Shown one piece after another: positions 26,063 through 36,465 of a stretch of 64,000 nt of DNA (the stretch's first letter is position 1; each line of letters opens with the position of its first letter). Below the pieces are notes generated by a model that did no database searches, was not told the DNA's origin, and saw nothing but the letters and a program-made list of their open reading frames with translations. The stretch is taken from assembly GCA_029240075.1 (NCBI GenBank), contig JARBTQ010000007.1, positions 28,750 to 92,749 of the forward strand, read 5' to 3'. This stretch comes from Chlamydiales bacterium. GTDB lineage: Bacteria; Chlamydiota; Chlamydiia; Chlamydiales; JARBTQ01. Position numbers and translations under genes: made by a program.

Positions 26063-26391
26063 AGAAATATAAGCCTTTTCAGTCTAATAAAAATATTTTT
26101 TATTTCAGTTAGAGGAACCTTTTCCTTTTATTTAGTTGTTTTTACTATAAATGCTCAATTTACGTTTTTTTGAAAGGGATATTTTAGCTTTAAATCAGTA
26201 CTTCAAAAGTATTTTTGATCAATTAGAATAGACTAAAATATGTGGTTGCAAACAGGTAGATGATCACGTACACTAGAATTTCTATGGTAGGCTTAACGCG
26301 AAATTTTATCTTAAAAAAATTTAATTAAAGGTCCTACAATATAGCCTTATAAGTGATTTTATTTTATGAGCTTTTGGAGTCATTAACAAGT

Positions 26392-27228
26392 ATGTATACA
26401 ACTCGACAAATCCCTGTTAAAAACTTTTTTATTGGAACTGGAAATCCTTTAGCTATTATCGCAGGCCCCTGCGTTATAGAGAGTGAATCTGCAAGTCTAT
26501 TTGCAGCGGAAGCCCTGCAAAAAATGATGTCAAAACATCATCTCAATTTCATATTCAAATCGAGTTATGATAAAGCCAATCGTTCTGCGGGCAGTTCTTT
26601 TCGCGGACCTGGTATACAAGAGGGATTACGTATTTTGGAAAAAGTTAAGAAAACTTTTGATATACCTGTAATTACTGATGTTCATTCTCCTGATGATGCA
26701 AAAATGGCTGGCGGTGTGTGCGATATCATCCAAATACCTGCATTTTTGTGTCGTCAAACTGATTTGATTCTAGCGGCGGGTGAAACGGGAGCTGTTGTTA
26801 ATGTTAAGAAAGGGCAATTCTTAGCCCCTTGGGATATGAAAAATGTCATTGATAAATTAGTTTCGACTGGTAACCATAATATCATCTTAACAGAACGAGG
26901 GGTAAGTTTTGGTTATAATCAGTTGGTTACTGATATGCGCAGTATTCCAATCATGCAAAAAATGGGTTATCCTGTATGCTTCGATGCTTCTCACTCAGTT
27001 CAAAAGCCTGGTGGGTTAGGACATGCTTCGGGCGGAGAACGGGAATTCATACCTATGCTGGCCTGTTCAGCAGTTACCGCAGGTTGCAATAGTGTGTTTA
27101 TTGAGTCTCATCCTAATCCTCCTGAAGCTTTAAGTGATCGAGATTCTATGATCTCATTTACAGACTTGCCAAAGCTCTTGATGAAATTAGAACGCTTACA
27201 TGCAATTGCACAGGAAGATGTTCAATAA
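26392..27228 (+). CDS. kdsA: 2-dehydro-3-deoxyphosphooctonate aldolase (KDO-8-phosphate synthase)
   Basis: IAGPCVIES, FKSSYDKANRS, IPVITDVH, IQIPAFLCRQTDL, NVKKGQFLAPWDM and FDASHSVQ. The track start is GTG 26353; ATG 26392 gives the normal N-terminus. Confidence 0.9.
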   Translation: MYTTRQIPVKNFFIGTGNPLAIIAGPCVIESESASLFAAEALQKMMSKHHLNFIFKSSYDKANRSAGSSFRGPGIQEGLRILEKVKKTFDIPVITDVHSPDDAKMAGGVCDIIQIPAFLCRQTDLILAAGETGAVVNVKKGQFLAPWDMKNVIDKLVSTGNHNIILTERGVSFGYNQLVTDMRSIPIMQKMGYPVCFDASHSVQKPGGLGHASGGEREFIPMLACSAVTAGCNSVFIESHPNPPEALSDRDSMISFTDLPKLLMKLERLHAIAQEDVQ

Positions 27229-27317
27229 ATTTTCCAAAGTTATATTTGTATAATCTTTGTTGTTGTTTTGCACATAGGTTTATGCAGAAGATTTAATTAT
27301 TTATTTTAATTGTAGTT

Positions 27318-28037
27318 ATGTTAAAGCGTTTAAGCTTCATTATTATTGCATTAAGCATTTTGCTTTTTGCTTTCCAGCTAATTGGCAAAATCTACTGGGT
27401 AGATCAAACTACAATCGCAGAGTATCGCAAGATTGTACAAGTAGATAAATCTTTAAAATCTCCTCCAAAAGATCTTAAAGGTGATGATAGTATTAGACAG
27501 CAGAATAGAGTCAATGTCACGAAAGATATTTGGCGCATTTTGAATCAGCAACGTTTACATGGGTTTTTATCAAGCGCAGAATCCCAAATTGTTACCACAG
27601 CGGAAACTGAACAAGTTCTTGAGCAATTAAAGGATGTAACTATTTGGTTACAACAAGAGCTTTACTACCGTTTACCTAATGACAAAGAGGGACTCTTACA
27701 ATCCAATGGAAAAATTTTAATGAAAAATGGGAATCCAGAAGATCCTAATGCTTGGTTCAAGCTTGATAAACGGTTTAAACCAATGCAAAAAGTAGACTTA
27801 ATTCAAGCTGAAGCTGCGATCTATCATATCTCTTCTAACCGCCTTGTAGCTTATAATGTAAAGTTATACCGTTACCTTCTGCCAACTCATACACTTCCAA
27901 CTAATAATCAGCATTTAGAACCTATTATGGTAGGAACAACGGCAAAATTGGAATTATCTTTGCTTGATAGTGAAGGATGGTCTTTTAAAGCTAATCAACT
28001 TAAAACAACATTTTATTCTCCAAAAGGGATGTTTTAA
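27318..28037 (+). CDS. hypothetical N-terminally anchored protein in the LptC position
   Basis: It has a single N-terminal TM (FIIIALSILLFAFQLIG). It sits between kdsA and an OstA/LptA-like gene, and its stop overlaps the next start (TAATG). The function is assigned from context only. Confidence 0.35.
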   Translation: MLKRLSFIIIALSILLFAFQLIGKIYWVDQTTIAEYRKIVQVDKSLKSPPKDLKGDDSIRQQNRVNVTKDIWRILNQQRLHGFLSSAESQIVTTAETEQVLEQLKDVTIWLQQELYYRLPNDKEGLLQSNGKILMKNGNPEDPNAWFKLDKRFKPMQKVDLIQAEAAIYHISSNRLVAYNVKLYRYLLPTHTLPTNNQHLEPIMVGTTAKLELSLLDSEGWSFKANQLKTTFYSPKGMF

Positions 28038-29587
28038 TGAAATATCTCAAATATTTTAATAGCTTAGCTATAGGGTCATTAATCCTCAGCCCTCTTACCT
28101 ATGCACAGGATGAGGAGCATATGACCATTACTTCAGAATTTGCAAACTATGAAAATAATCACTTAAAACTAACTGGAGATGTTATACTAGATTACCCTTT
28201 GGGCAAGCTTCAGGCTGAAAATGCTGTCATTGAAAAGGGGGGACAGGAGCTATCTTTGCCTTTTAAGCAGCTTGTGATTGAGGATAAAGTTCATATTGAA
28301 CTTCGAGAAGGGGGAGAAATTGATTGTGACCATGCTATTTTGGATTCAATAAGCCAGAAAGGCTTATTAACACGCAAGCAATCGCATGAGAGAGTAAATT
28401 ATAATTATGGGTATTTAGATGCTAAAGGGCAATCAGTAAAATTAAGATTGCAAAGTCAACAGATGGAAATTGATTTAGAAAATTTGAAACCATCTAAAAA
28501 GCATGTGGGAAAAATGGTCATCCAAAGAGTGTGTAAAATTGATGCGATAGATAATGTTTTAGCAAGTTATAATGAAGAATTTACAGCCTTTGCTGATCGA
28601 GCTATATATACTGTGCCATTACGTAATCAGAAACTAAAGCCTACAAATAGGGCTAAAGTAGAGGGACAGATCAAACTTTTCCCAAAAAAGAGTGAGGGAA
28701 TCTGTCGCATTGAACGTTTAAACTCGGGTAGTATTGATGCCCTTAAAATTTTGATTGATCCAGAACAGCGTGTTATTAATTTTGACAAACCTGAAGGTTT
28801 CATTACGACTGCTGAGCAGGGGAAAGACCTGATGCGCGACGTTTGCTTTCAATCCAATAAGTTGATTTGGAATGAGCTCACTAATATTTTTACTTTTGAA
28901 CAAAATGTGCATATAGTTGATCCTATATTAGGAGCTATGGAATGTGACGGACAGGTCCTTATAAAAGATAGTCCCTATACTGAGAAAGCAAGGAAAGGTA
29001 TTGAGCGTATTGAGGCTCTTGGCTACACGTTATTGAATTACACAGATCCTAATAATCATATCCAACAAAATTTAACCTGTCCTGGTCAAGTAATAATCAA
29101 TCACAAAGAATTTACAACGACTTTGATTGGTAAAAATAATGGAAACGGAGGGGGATTAATTAAAGAAAATCAAGTCCTTCTGAAAGATTATTTAGGTGAA
29201 ATTTTTGCAGATAAGGTACGTATACTCTATAATGTTGAAGGAGACAAAATAACTCCTAAGAAAATTATATTAGAAGGAAATGTTTATATCTTAAATAATG
29301 CTCCATTTGATCCTTCAGACTCAAAAGAGGTTTTTCAAGTAGCGTACGCGGATCGAGTTGAGCATACCCCCATGACTGGCGAAACTCATCTTTTTTCCCA
29401 AGGAGATACGCGTGTATTATTTTATGATCAGGTTAGACAAATGCAAGTTAGTGCTAAAGAGCTGATTATGCAGAGACATCAGACTATGGGAAAGAATGCC
29501 GTACAAGGAATAGGTCAAGTGCGATTTAATTTGAGCAAAGAAGAGTTAGGACGTTTGAAGAAAAGGTTTGTTATCAATGAAACGTAG
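28037..29587 (+). CDS. secreted OstA/LptA-like protein, unusually long (516 aa)
   Basis: Signal peptide (LILSPLTYAQD). OstA_N-like strands near the N-terminus (HLKLTGDVILDYPLGKLQAENAVIEK) and again near the C-terminus (IILEGNVYILNN...AYADRVEH). It lies immediately upstream of lptB and overlaps it. Confidence 0.45.
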   Translation: MKYLKYFNSLAIGSLILSPLTYAQDEEHMTITSEFANYENNHLKLTGDVILDYPLGKLQAENAVIEKGGQELSLPFKQLVIEDKVHIELREGGEIDCDHAILDSISQKGLLTRKQSHERVNYNYGYLDAKGQSVKLRLQSQQMEIDLENLKPSKKHVGKMVIQRVCKIDAIDNVLASYNEEFTAFADRAIYTVPLRNQKLKPTNRAKVEGQIKLFPKKSEGICRIERLNSGSIDALKILIDPEQRVINFDKPEGFITTAEQGKDLMRDVCFQSNKLIWNELTNIFTFEQNVHIVDPILGAMECDGQVLIKDSPYTEKARKGIERIEALGYTLLNYTDPNNHIQQNLTCPGQVIINHKEFTTTLIGKNNGNGGGLIKENQVLLKDYLGEIFADKVRILYNVEGDKITPKKIILEGNVYILNNAPFDPSDSKEVFQVAYADRVEHTPMTGETHLFSQGDTRVLFYDQVRQMQVSAKELIMQRHQTMGKNAVQGIGQVRFNLSKEELGRLKKRFVINET

Positions 29588-30329
29588 TAATCATTATGTG
29601 GATCCCCAATCAGCTCTGCGAGTTAATAATCTAGTTAAAAAATTTAATGATCAAGTCATAGTTAACGATCTTTCATTCTATGTAAATCCTGGAGAAGTTG
29701 TAGGTCTTTTGGGACCAAATGGAGCTGGGAAAACTACCGCTTTTTACATAACAATGGGATTGATTCAACCCGATGGCGGACATGTTTATTTCCAAAATAA
29801 CGATATTACAAATAAGCCTATTCATGAACGTGCACAGATGGGATTAGGTTATCTCGCACAAGAGCCTTCAATTTTTCGTCATCTTACAGTGGAAGAAAAT
29901 ATCTTGTGTATTCTTGAAAATATGCCCTTACCACGTGCAGAACGTAGATATCGACTTGAGCGTGTTTTAAAAGACTTGCATCTTGAGAAATTAGCTAAAA
30001 AATTAGCGATAAGTCTATCAGGAGGAGAGCGACGTCGGCTTGAAATTACTAGAGCCCTAGTCACCAATCCCTCTTTTTTACTGCTTGATGAACCTTTTGC
30101 AAACGTTGATCCGCTGACTATTCAGGATGTCAAGCAGATGATAAGAATGCTAGCAAAGCGAAATATAGGAATCCTTATTACAGATCATAACGCAAGGGAA
30201 ATTCTATCGATTGTTGATCGCAGTTACCTGATACGCGAGGGGAAAGTGATGTTATCAGGAACAGTTGATGAACTTCTAGCAAGTGCTGAGGCTCGTCGTT
30301 CTTATTTAGGAGAAAATTTTACTTTATAG
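29577..30329 (+). CDS. lptB: lipopolysaccharide export ABC ATPase LptB
   Basis: Walker A GPNGAGKTT, GLGYLAQEPSIFRHLTVEENI, signature LSGGERRRLEI, and Walker B LLLDEPFANVDP. ATG 29577 lies inside the track ORF, which starts at TTG 29568. Confidence 0.85.
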   Translation: MKRSNHYVDPQSALRVNNLVKKFNDQVIVNDLSFYVNPGEVVGLLGPNGAGKTTAFYITMGLIQPDGGHVYFQNNDITNKPIHERAQMGLGYLAQEPSIFRHLTVEENILCILENMPLPRAERRYRLERVLKDLHLEKLAKKLAISLSGGERRRLEITRALVTNPSFLLLDEPFANVDPLTIQDVKQMIRMLAKRNIGILITDHNAREILSIVDRSYLIREGKVMLSGTVDELLASAEARRSYLGENFTL

Positions 30330-30357
30330 CTGCATTAAATGAAGGAAAGGGGAAGTT

Positions 30358-31713
30358 ATGTTATCTCTACAAAAATTAGGAAAACTATTTCACTTAGACA
30401 TTAAGGACGATCTGTTGCTGAGAGGTGCTAGTATCGATAGCAGACAAGTAACTTCTGACAGCTTATTTTTTGCTATAAAAGGGGCTAGAGTTGATGGCCA
30501 TTCCTTTTTAGGGGATGTGGCAGCAAAGGGGGCTAAGGCAGCTGTAGTAGATCTTAGTTATAATGGCTCTAATCATGGAATGTACCTTCTACCTGTAAAA
30601 AATGTAACAGAAGCTCTACAAAAAATAGGGCAGCAACTCCTCCAAGAACGTCAATATCGTGTTATTGCAGTAACAGGGTCTCTAGGAAAAACAACAACTA
30701 AAGAATTTGTTAAGCAATTATTGTCAAAACGATACAGCGTTGCAGGTACAAAGGGGAATCAAAATACGCAGTTAACTTTGCCTTTAACAATAATTAATGC
30801 TGACCCTAGTGCTCAATTTCTAGTATTAGAAATGGGGATGACCCATACAGGGAATATTGCCCAATTAGTCTCTATAGCCCCTCCTGAGATAGCAGTAATA
30901 ACTAATATTTCTTATTCTCATGGGGTAAATTTTAGTAAGTTAGAAGAGATTGCAAAGTCTAAAAGTGAAATCCTTAGTCAACATGCTACAAAAAAAGCCA
31001 TACTATGGCAAGAAACTCGCTGTCTAAGTGATATTGAAAGCTCTGCAAATTGTAACCGCATCTATTTTTCAACAGACAACCCCCGTGCTAAATATTTTTT
31101 TAAGGTCACAAATATTGAAAACTTAGAAGTTGAGTTTTGGGAGAGCGGACGGCTATGTTGGTCAGGTAAACTACCTTTTAGAGGAAAGCATAATGCTCAA
31201 AACTTACTTGCTGCAATTGCCTGTGTAAGAGAAGTTGGATTAGATTGGGCTCTTATTGGAGAGGCTATCAATGATCTAAAATTGCCTGAATATCGACTTG
31301 AAATAATCGATTATCAAGGAGTCACTATCATCAATGATGCTTATAATAATTCTAGTCCTGATGCAGCCTGTGCTGCTTTAGACAGCATTCCAAAACCAAA
31401 TGAAGGAGGAAGGAGGATCGTTGTTTTAAGTGAAATGCGGGAATTAGGGCAGTGGTCAAGAGGAAGTCATGAGCGATTAGCAGAGTACGCTCTTTCTAAA
31501 GTTGATATAATGCTTTGTATTGGAATTGAATGCGAAATCATGCGTTCTTATTGGAAAAACTCTGGAAAAGTTTTTGAAATAGCGTCTTCTCGTGAAGAGC
31601 TTTTAGAACTAGTGCGAAAATATGTGCAAAAAAAAGATATCGTGCTTTTTAAAGGATCTAAATATTACGATTTTCCTAATCTTATTCAAGCATTTACAGG
31701 AGAAACAGCTTAA
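30358..31713 (+). CDS. murF: UDP-N-acetylmuramoyl-tripeptide--D-alanyl-D-alanine ligase
   Basis: IDSRQV..LFFAIKGARVDGHSF, VTGSLGKTTTKE, LEMGM, GKHNAQNLLAAIA and INDAYNNSSPDA. Confidence 0.9.
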   Translation: MLSLQKLGKLFHLDIKDDLLLRGASIDSRQVTSDSLFFAIKGARVDGHSFLGDVAAKGAKAAVVDLSYNGSNHGMYLLPVKNVTEALQKIGQQLLQERQYRVIAVTGSLGKTTTKEFVKQLLSKRYSVAGTKGNQNTQLTLPLTIINADPSAQFLVLEMGMTHTGNIAQLVSIAPPEIAVITNISYSHGVNFSKLEEIAKSKSEILSQHATKKAILWQETRCLSDIESSANCNRIYFSTDNPRAKYFFKVTNIENLEVEFWESGRLCWSGKLPFRGKHNAQNLLAAIACVREVGLDWALIGEAINDLKLPEYRLEIIDYQGVTIINDAYNNSSPDAACAALDSIPKPNEGGRRIVVLSEMRELGQWSRGSHERLAEYALSKVDIMLCIGIECEIMRSYWKNSGKVFEIASSREELLELVRKYVQKKDIVLFKGSKYYDFPNLIQAFTGETA

Positions 31714-31737
31714 CTAAAAGCTAAGCTGCTAGCTATG

Positions 31738-32169
31738 TCAATTTTTTAAGGTTAGATAAGGAACAGCTGCTTTTTTCATATGAAAATAGATACTTGCAAG
31801 TCCATTAGCCCGATTGGGAGTAAGACTTGTAAAAATACCTAATTCCTGCAAATAAATAGGTTCATTTTGCAAGATAGTAATAGGATTTTCTCCCGAATAA
31901 ACAGCTACCAGCAGCGCAGCTAAGCCCGCAGAAATCAAAGCATCAGAATTAGCTTTAAAATGAACCTTTCCATCCCGATATTCAGTTTGAACATATACTT
32001 GACTTTGACAACCATTAACTAGATTAATAGTTATTTTACTTTCTTCAGGAAAATGGGGAGACTCACGGCCAAAGGCAATGATTTGTTGATAAACTTCTTC
32101 AGGACCTTGGCAGTGCTTGAATCTAGCTTTGACAGCAGCTATTTTATCTGAGAAATTGGGGGATTCCAT
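31738..32169 (-). CDS. sufE: SufE/CsdE-family sulfur acceptor protein
   Basis: The GCQSQVYV active-site Cys context, the SDALISAGLAALLV helix, and NRANGLASI near the C-terminus. Confidence 0.8.
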   Translation of the reverse strand: MESPNFSDKIAAVKARFKHCQGPEEVYQQIIAFGRESPHFPEESKITINLVNGCQSQVYVQTEYRDGKVHFKANSDALISAGLAALLVAVYSGENPITILQNEPIYLQELGIFTSLTPNRANGLASIYFHMKKAAVPYLTLKN

Positions 32170-32224
32170 ACTAGCCTTTTTTTACTTAAAAATGGGTAAC
32201 TTTTCTTTTATGACTCTAGTCAAG

Positions 32225-32257
32225 TAGATCTCTGCAAATAGTATTGCAAGAGATCTA
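32225..32257. repeat. palindromic copy of the intergenic repeat family (TAGATCTCTGCAAatagtaTTGCAAGAGATCTA)
   Basis: A near-perfect inverted repeat around a 7-nt centre. It has the same termini as the 12111..12145 copy and lies 3' of the MarC gene stop. Confidence 0.65.
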
Positions 32258-32287
32258 TTGATACATTTATTGCATGTAAATTTAGGC

Positions 32288-32899
32288 TTAATTACCTTTA
32301 AAATAGTAGATCAAGCCGTTAAGAAAGCTATTAACAGCCAGCATTAATACAAGCAATCCCATTAGTCGTTCACAAGCAGCTATACCCGCTTTTCCTAATA
32401 ATTTACTAAGTTGGGGTAGGAAATATAGAATGATTGTGGACAGTAACCATGCAACAAGTAGAGAAGAGGTTAATAAAGTAACGCTAGGCAGTTGTTGTGC
32501 ATAGATCATGATCTGCGCGATTACACCAGAACCTGCGATAAGGGGAACTGCAATAGGCACAATAAAAGGCTCTTTGTCTTGTGTATTAGCGGAAGTATTG
32601 CTAGTTGCATGGGCTGGAAAGATAATACTTAAAGCTGTAAAGAACAGCACAATAGCTCCCGAAAAATAAAGTGTAGACTTTGAAATTTGCAAGAAGTTTA
32701 ATATATATTCGCCAGTGAATTGCGCTATAAGCATCACTATCAAAGCGATTACCATTTCTCGGATGATCACTGCTTTCTGCCGTTTAACATCTAGTCCTTT
32801 GATTAGTGTTAAGATAACAGGAATAACCCCTACAGCGTCCATGATCAAAAAGAGCTGGGTAGTCATGGAGATAAAAGAGTCTAAATCGAACGTTTCCAT
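32288..32899 (-). CDS. MarC-family (UPF0056) integral membrane protein, copy 2
   Basis: FLIMDAVGVIPVILTL near the N-terminus, about 6 hydrophobic segments, and a PIAVPLIAGSG motif. Confidence 0.8.
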   Translation of the reverse strand: METFDLDSFISMTTQLFLIMDAVGVIPVILTLIKGLDVKRQKAVIIREMVIALIVMLIAQFTGEYILNFLQISKSTLYFSGAIVLFFTALSIIFPAHATSNTSANTQDKEPFIVPIAVPLIAGSGVIAQIMIYAQQLPSVTLLTSSLLVAWLLSTIILYFLPQLSKLLGKAGIAACERLMGLLVLMLAVNSFLNGLIYYFKGN

Positions 32900-32920
32900 A
32901 GGTGCAACCTTTCTATTTGA

Positions 32921-33541
32921 TTAATGAGGGAGTGTATGCATGAAAGCGGTAAAAGAGCGCAATCCTTCCGTTAGCATTTGTATAGACAGAAGTAATAGCA
33001 CTAGTCCCATTAATCTTTCTGCAGCATTAACTCCTTTATCTCCTAGAAGGTGGTGGATATGGGAAGCTAAAAATAGTATAACCCCGGAAAGGAGCCAGGC
33101 AATACAAATTCCTATATAAGTATCGTTCCAAAAACCAGTAGATTGGCTTGAATAGACTATGATAGCAGCTAAAGCAGATGGACCAACTAGAAGTGGTGTA
33201 GCGATAGGTACTAAAAAAGGTTGCTCTTTATCTTCTACGTTATCAGGGATATGCCCCATGTTAGGGAAAATCATTTTTAATGATTTCAATAAAAGAATAA
33301 TTCCACCTGAAATTTGCACCGCAGATTCTTGAATGTGCAGCGTTGCTAAAAGTTTGCCCCCTATTGAATAAAAGACAACCATGAAGATAAAAGCGATGCA
33401 GAGCTCTCTCAACATAATACGATTATGGGAATCAATAGGAGCGGGCTTCAAAGCTAAGATGAAGGCGGGGATATGTCCTACAGAATTCATTATAAGAAAT
33501 AAGGATATTGCTATATAAAAAGTGGAAAAAGAGTGCTCCAT
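32921..33541 (-). CDS. MarC-family (UPF0056) integral membrane protein, copy 1
   Basis: LFLIMNSVGHIPAFILAL, PIATPLLVGPS, and a C-terminal AAERLMGLVLLLLSIQM that parallels ACERLMGLLVLMLAVNS of the neighbour. The two are tandem paralogs. Confidence 0.8.
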   Translation of the reverse strand: MEHSFSTFYIAISLFLIMNSVGHIPAFILALKPAPIDSHNRIMLRELCIAFIFMVVFYSIGGKLLATLHIQESAVQISGGIILLLKSLKMIFPNMGHIPDNVEDKEQPFLVPIATPLLVGPSALAAIIVYSSQSTGFWNDTYIGICIAWLLSGVILFLASHIHHLLGDKGVNAAERLMGLVLLLLSIQMLTEGLRSFTAFMHTLPH

Positions 33542-33781
33542 TGGTAACCTTTTGAGTTAGTCATTGCCAAAAAAATTGGACAATTGGGTTCAGTTCATCT
33601 AATTTATAGGCCTATCTTAATAAGCATAAACTGCTTAAACGTTTTAATCTCTGTTTATAAAGTTTAAAAAGGCCTCAATATAGGAAGAAAAATCCTAAAT
33701 TTTTTCATATGTCACTAAAATGGTATGGCATTTGCTAATTTTAAGCAACCTGTCGAACTTCTCATATAAAAAGTGATCGTA

Positions 33782-34933
33782 ATGAAAAATAAGCTTCTCT
33801 ATACCCTATCTTTTGTGGTGTCGGTAGGAATTCTCGGATATGCTCTCTACTGCTGGTATATTTCTAAAAATCTAGAAATAACAGACAATGCTTATGTCTG
33901 TGGTCATATTCTAGATATCAGTCCCCGAGTTTCCGGGCACATTAAAGTCGTTCCTTTTAAAGAATTTGAGTACGTAGAAGAAGGACAGATCATATTTGAA
34001 CTAGATCAAACATCTTACATGATTGAACATGCCAAAAGTTTAGCTAATCTAGAACTTACAATTCGGCAAATTTTAGAGTTAGAAAAACAGATACAACAAC
34101 TCCGCTCAGTTTCTCGTATAAAATTAACTAATTTAGAGCGTTGCCAACGGGATTTTTGCAAAAGAGAGGAATTAATCGGCATAAAGGCAATATCACAGGA
34201 GGAATTTGAGCATGCACAGTCTAACCTGGATACCGCTTTAGCTGACTACCATCAGACAAATGCTCAACTGAGTGCTTTAAAGGTGAAAAGAGGTGACTTG
34301 GAGATTCAGTATCACCCGCAGATTCTACTTGCTAAACAACAGTTGAAACAAGCCTCCTTGAATCTCCTTTATTGCCAGGTAAGGGCCCCTACAAGTGGGT
34401 ATATAGCAAAAAAAGAGCTTGACCTTGGAGAATGGGTATCCCCCCAATCTAAAGGAATTAGCTTAGTTCCATTGGATAGAGTATGGGTAGAAGCAAACTT
34501 AAAAGAAACGCAGTTATCTAATATTCGCGTAGGGCAACATGTAGAATTGTTTTCAGATCTATACAATAAAAAGGTCAAATTCAAGGGGACAGTAGAAGCT
34601 ATCAGCATAGGAACAGGTTCCGTCTTCTCTCTATTGCCCCCTCAAAATGCTACAGGTAATTGGATTAAAGTGGTTCAACGCGTTCCTGTAAGGGTTAAAT
34701 TAGATGCTGAACAATTAAAACAATACCCATTGTTGGTTGGATTGTCAATTTCTGCTACATTTAATACTTCATCTCAGCCTTTAGAAAAATTGATCGTTCC
34801 GCAGCAATACCATGTAAGCGATGAAGTCTCATCTTTAAAGATATATCCAATACAGAGTGTAGAGCAAAATATTGAAAATTTAGTTGATAATTTGATTAAA
34901 CAAGCTAGTCTATACTCCCATTTTGTGGAGTAA
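33782..34933 (+). CDS. HlyD/EmrA-family membrane fusion protein
   Basis: N-terminal TM, TDNAYVCGHILDISPRVSGHI, a coiled-coil centre, VRAPTSGYIAKK, VWVEANLKETQL, and LLPPQNATGNWIKVVQRVPVRV. Confidence 0.9.
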   Translation: MKNKLLYTLSFVVSVGILGYALYCWYISKNLEITDNAYVCGHILDISPRVSGHIKVVPFKEFEYVEEGQIIFELDQTSYMIEHAKSLANLELTIRQILELEKQIQQLRSVSRIKLTNLERCQRDFCKREELIGIKAISQEEFEHAQSNLDTALADYHQTNAQLSALKVKRGDLEIQYHPQILLAKQQLKQASLNLLYCQVRAPTSGYIAKKELDLGEWVSPQSKGISLVPLDRVWVEANLKETQLSNIRVGQHVELFSDLYNKKVKFKGTVEAISIGTGSVFSLLPPQNATGNWIKVVQRVPVRVKLDAEQLKQYPLLVGLSISATFNTSSQPLEKLIVPQQYHVSDEVSSLKIYPIQSVEQNIENLVDNLIKQASLYSHFVE

Positions 34934-36465
34934 TGATGTCAAATATTCAACCAACCCTTTTAGATAAAAAATCGCTCTTAATATTGACAATAGGAATGGG
35001 ATTAGGGACCTTTATCCAAGTTCTAGACAGTTCTATCGCCAATGTTTCGATTCCCGCTATAGCTGGCAGTTTAGGGGCTAGTGTTCATGAAGCTTCATGG
35101 GTTATTACATCGTTTGTGGTAAGTAATGCAGTTGTTTTGCCTTTATCTGGTTGGCTATCAAAGCGATTTGGTGAAGTAAACCTTTTCATCTACTCTACAA
35201 TTTTATTTGCTTTAACATCATGGCTGTGTGCAGAGGCTGCTAGTCTCTATATGCTTATACTATTTAGAATTTTACAAGGTGCTGTAGCTGGATCACTAAT
35301 TCCACTTTCCCAAAGTATTTTATTAGCAAACTATCCTCCTGAAAAAAAAGGGCTTGCCTTAGGGTTGTGGTCTATGGTTGTGATTATTGCGCCTATTGTA
35401 GGTCCTGTTTTGGGAGGATGGATCACAGACTATCATGGATGGCCCTGGATTTTTTATATTAATATTCCTTTAGGATTTTTATCAGCATTCTTAACATACA
35501 ATGTACTAGGGCATAAAAAAATACCAGCCGATGAAAGGCCTATTGATAAAATAGGGTTTGTTATTCTTGTTATTGCTGTTAGTAGCCTACAGATCTTTTT
35601 AGATAAAGGGAATGAATTGGACTGGTTTGATTCCCACTTTATTAGTGGATTGTGCATCATTTCGATTGTTGCATTTATAGCTTTTATAGCGTGGGAACTC
35701 TATTACCCTTATCCTATAGTTAATTTATCATTCTTTAAAAAAAGAAGCTTTGTAGTTGGTTCTGTTTTGACAAGCTTGGGTTTCATGATGTTTTTTGGTA
35801 GTACTGTCTTGGTTCCAGTGTGGCTACAAACACAAATGAATTACACAGCTTTTTGGGCAGGAATTGCCTTAGCTCCGATTGGAGCATTTTCGCTTATTCT
35901 TATGCCTTTGATTGGCAAAAATTTGCATAGAATTAATTTACAGCTAGTGATTAGTTTTAGCTTTCTAATATTTGCCATAACTTTTCATTGGTTTAGCCTG
36001 TTAAATACTCAGGCAAGTCTCGCACAAATTATTACCCCTCGTCTGTTTCAAGGAATTGCTCTGGCTTGTTTTTTTCTCCCTCTGACGACTATGTCCTTAT
36101 CGGAATTACCAAAGGAAGAAACTGCTAGTGCAGCAGGAGTTTTCAATTTTGTACGCTTAGTAATTGGAGGAGGAGGAGGAGCTTCCATCTTCGTAACGAT
36201 TTGGTCTCGCCGACAAACTGTCCACCAAAATTTTCTTTGGGAAATTGCCAGTAAAAATCGTTCTTACTTAAACAGTAGTCTTTTAACGGAAGAAAATCCC
36301 TTAAGTAACCAGATCATAGCTCACCTGATTGCAAAGCAGAGTGGCATGTTAGCTATTAATGATATCTTTTACCTTTGTTCTATCCTATCTATAGTGTTGG
36401 CTGTTGGGGTATGGATTGCTCGCCCTAAAACAAATCATGTACAGCATCAGGTAAGTGCTGAATAG
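34933..36465 (+). CDS. EmrB/QacA-type (DHA2, 14-TMS) MFS efflux transporter
   Basis: LDSSIANVSIPAIAGSLGAS, VLPLSGWLSKRFG, FRILQGAVAGSLIPLSQS, and many TM segments. Its start overlaps the upstream stop (TAATG). Confidence 0.9.
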   Translation: MMSNIQPTLLDKKSLLILTIGMGLGTFIQVLDSSIANVSIPAIAGSLGASVHEASWVITSFVVSNAVVLPLSGWLSKRFGEVNLFIYSTILFALTSWLCAEAASLYMLILFRILQGAVAGSLIPLSQSILLANYPPEKKGLALGLWSMVVIIAPIVGPVLGGWITDYHGWPWIFYINIPLGFLSAFLTYNVLGHKKIPADERPIDKIGFVILVIAVSSLQIFLDKGNELDWFDSHFISGLCIISIVAFIAFIAWELYYPYPIVNLSFFKKRSFVVGSVLTSLGFMMFFGSTVLVPVWLQTQMNYTAFWAGIALAPIGAFSLILMPLIGKNLHRINLQLVISFSFLIFAITFHWFSLLNTQASLAQIITPRLFQGIALACFFLPLTTMSLSELPKEETASAAGVFNFVRLVIGGGGGASIFVTIWSRRQTVHQNFLWEIASKNRSYLNSSLLTEENPLSNQIIAHLIAKQSGMLAINDIFYLCSILSIVLAVGVWIARPKTNHVQHQVSAE

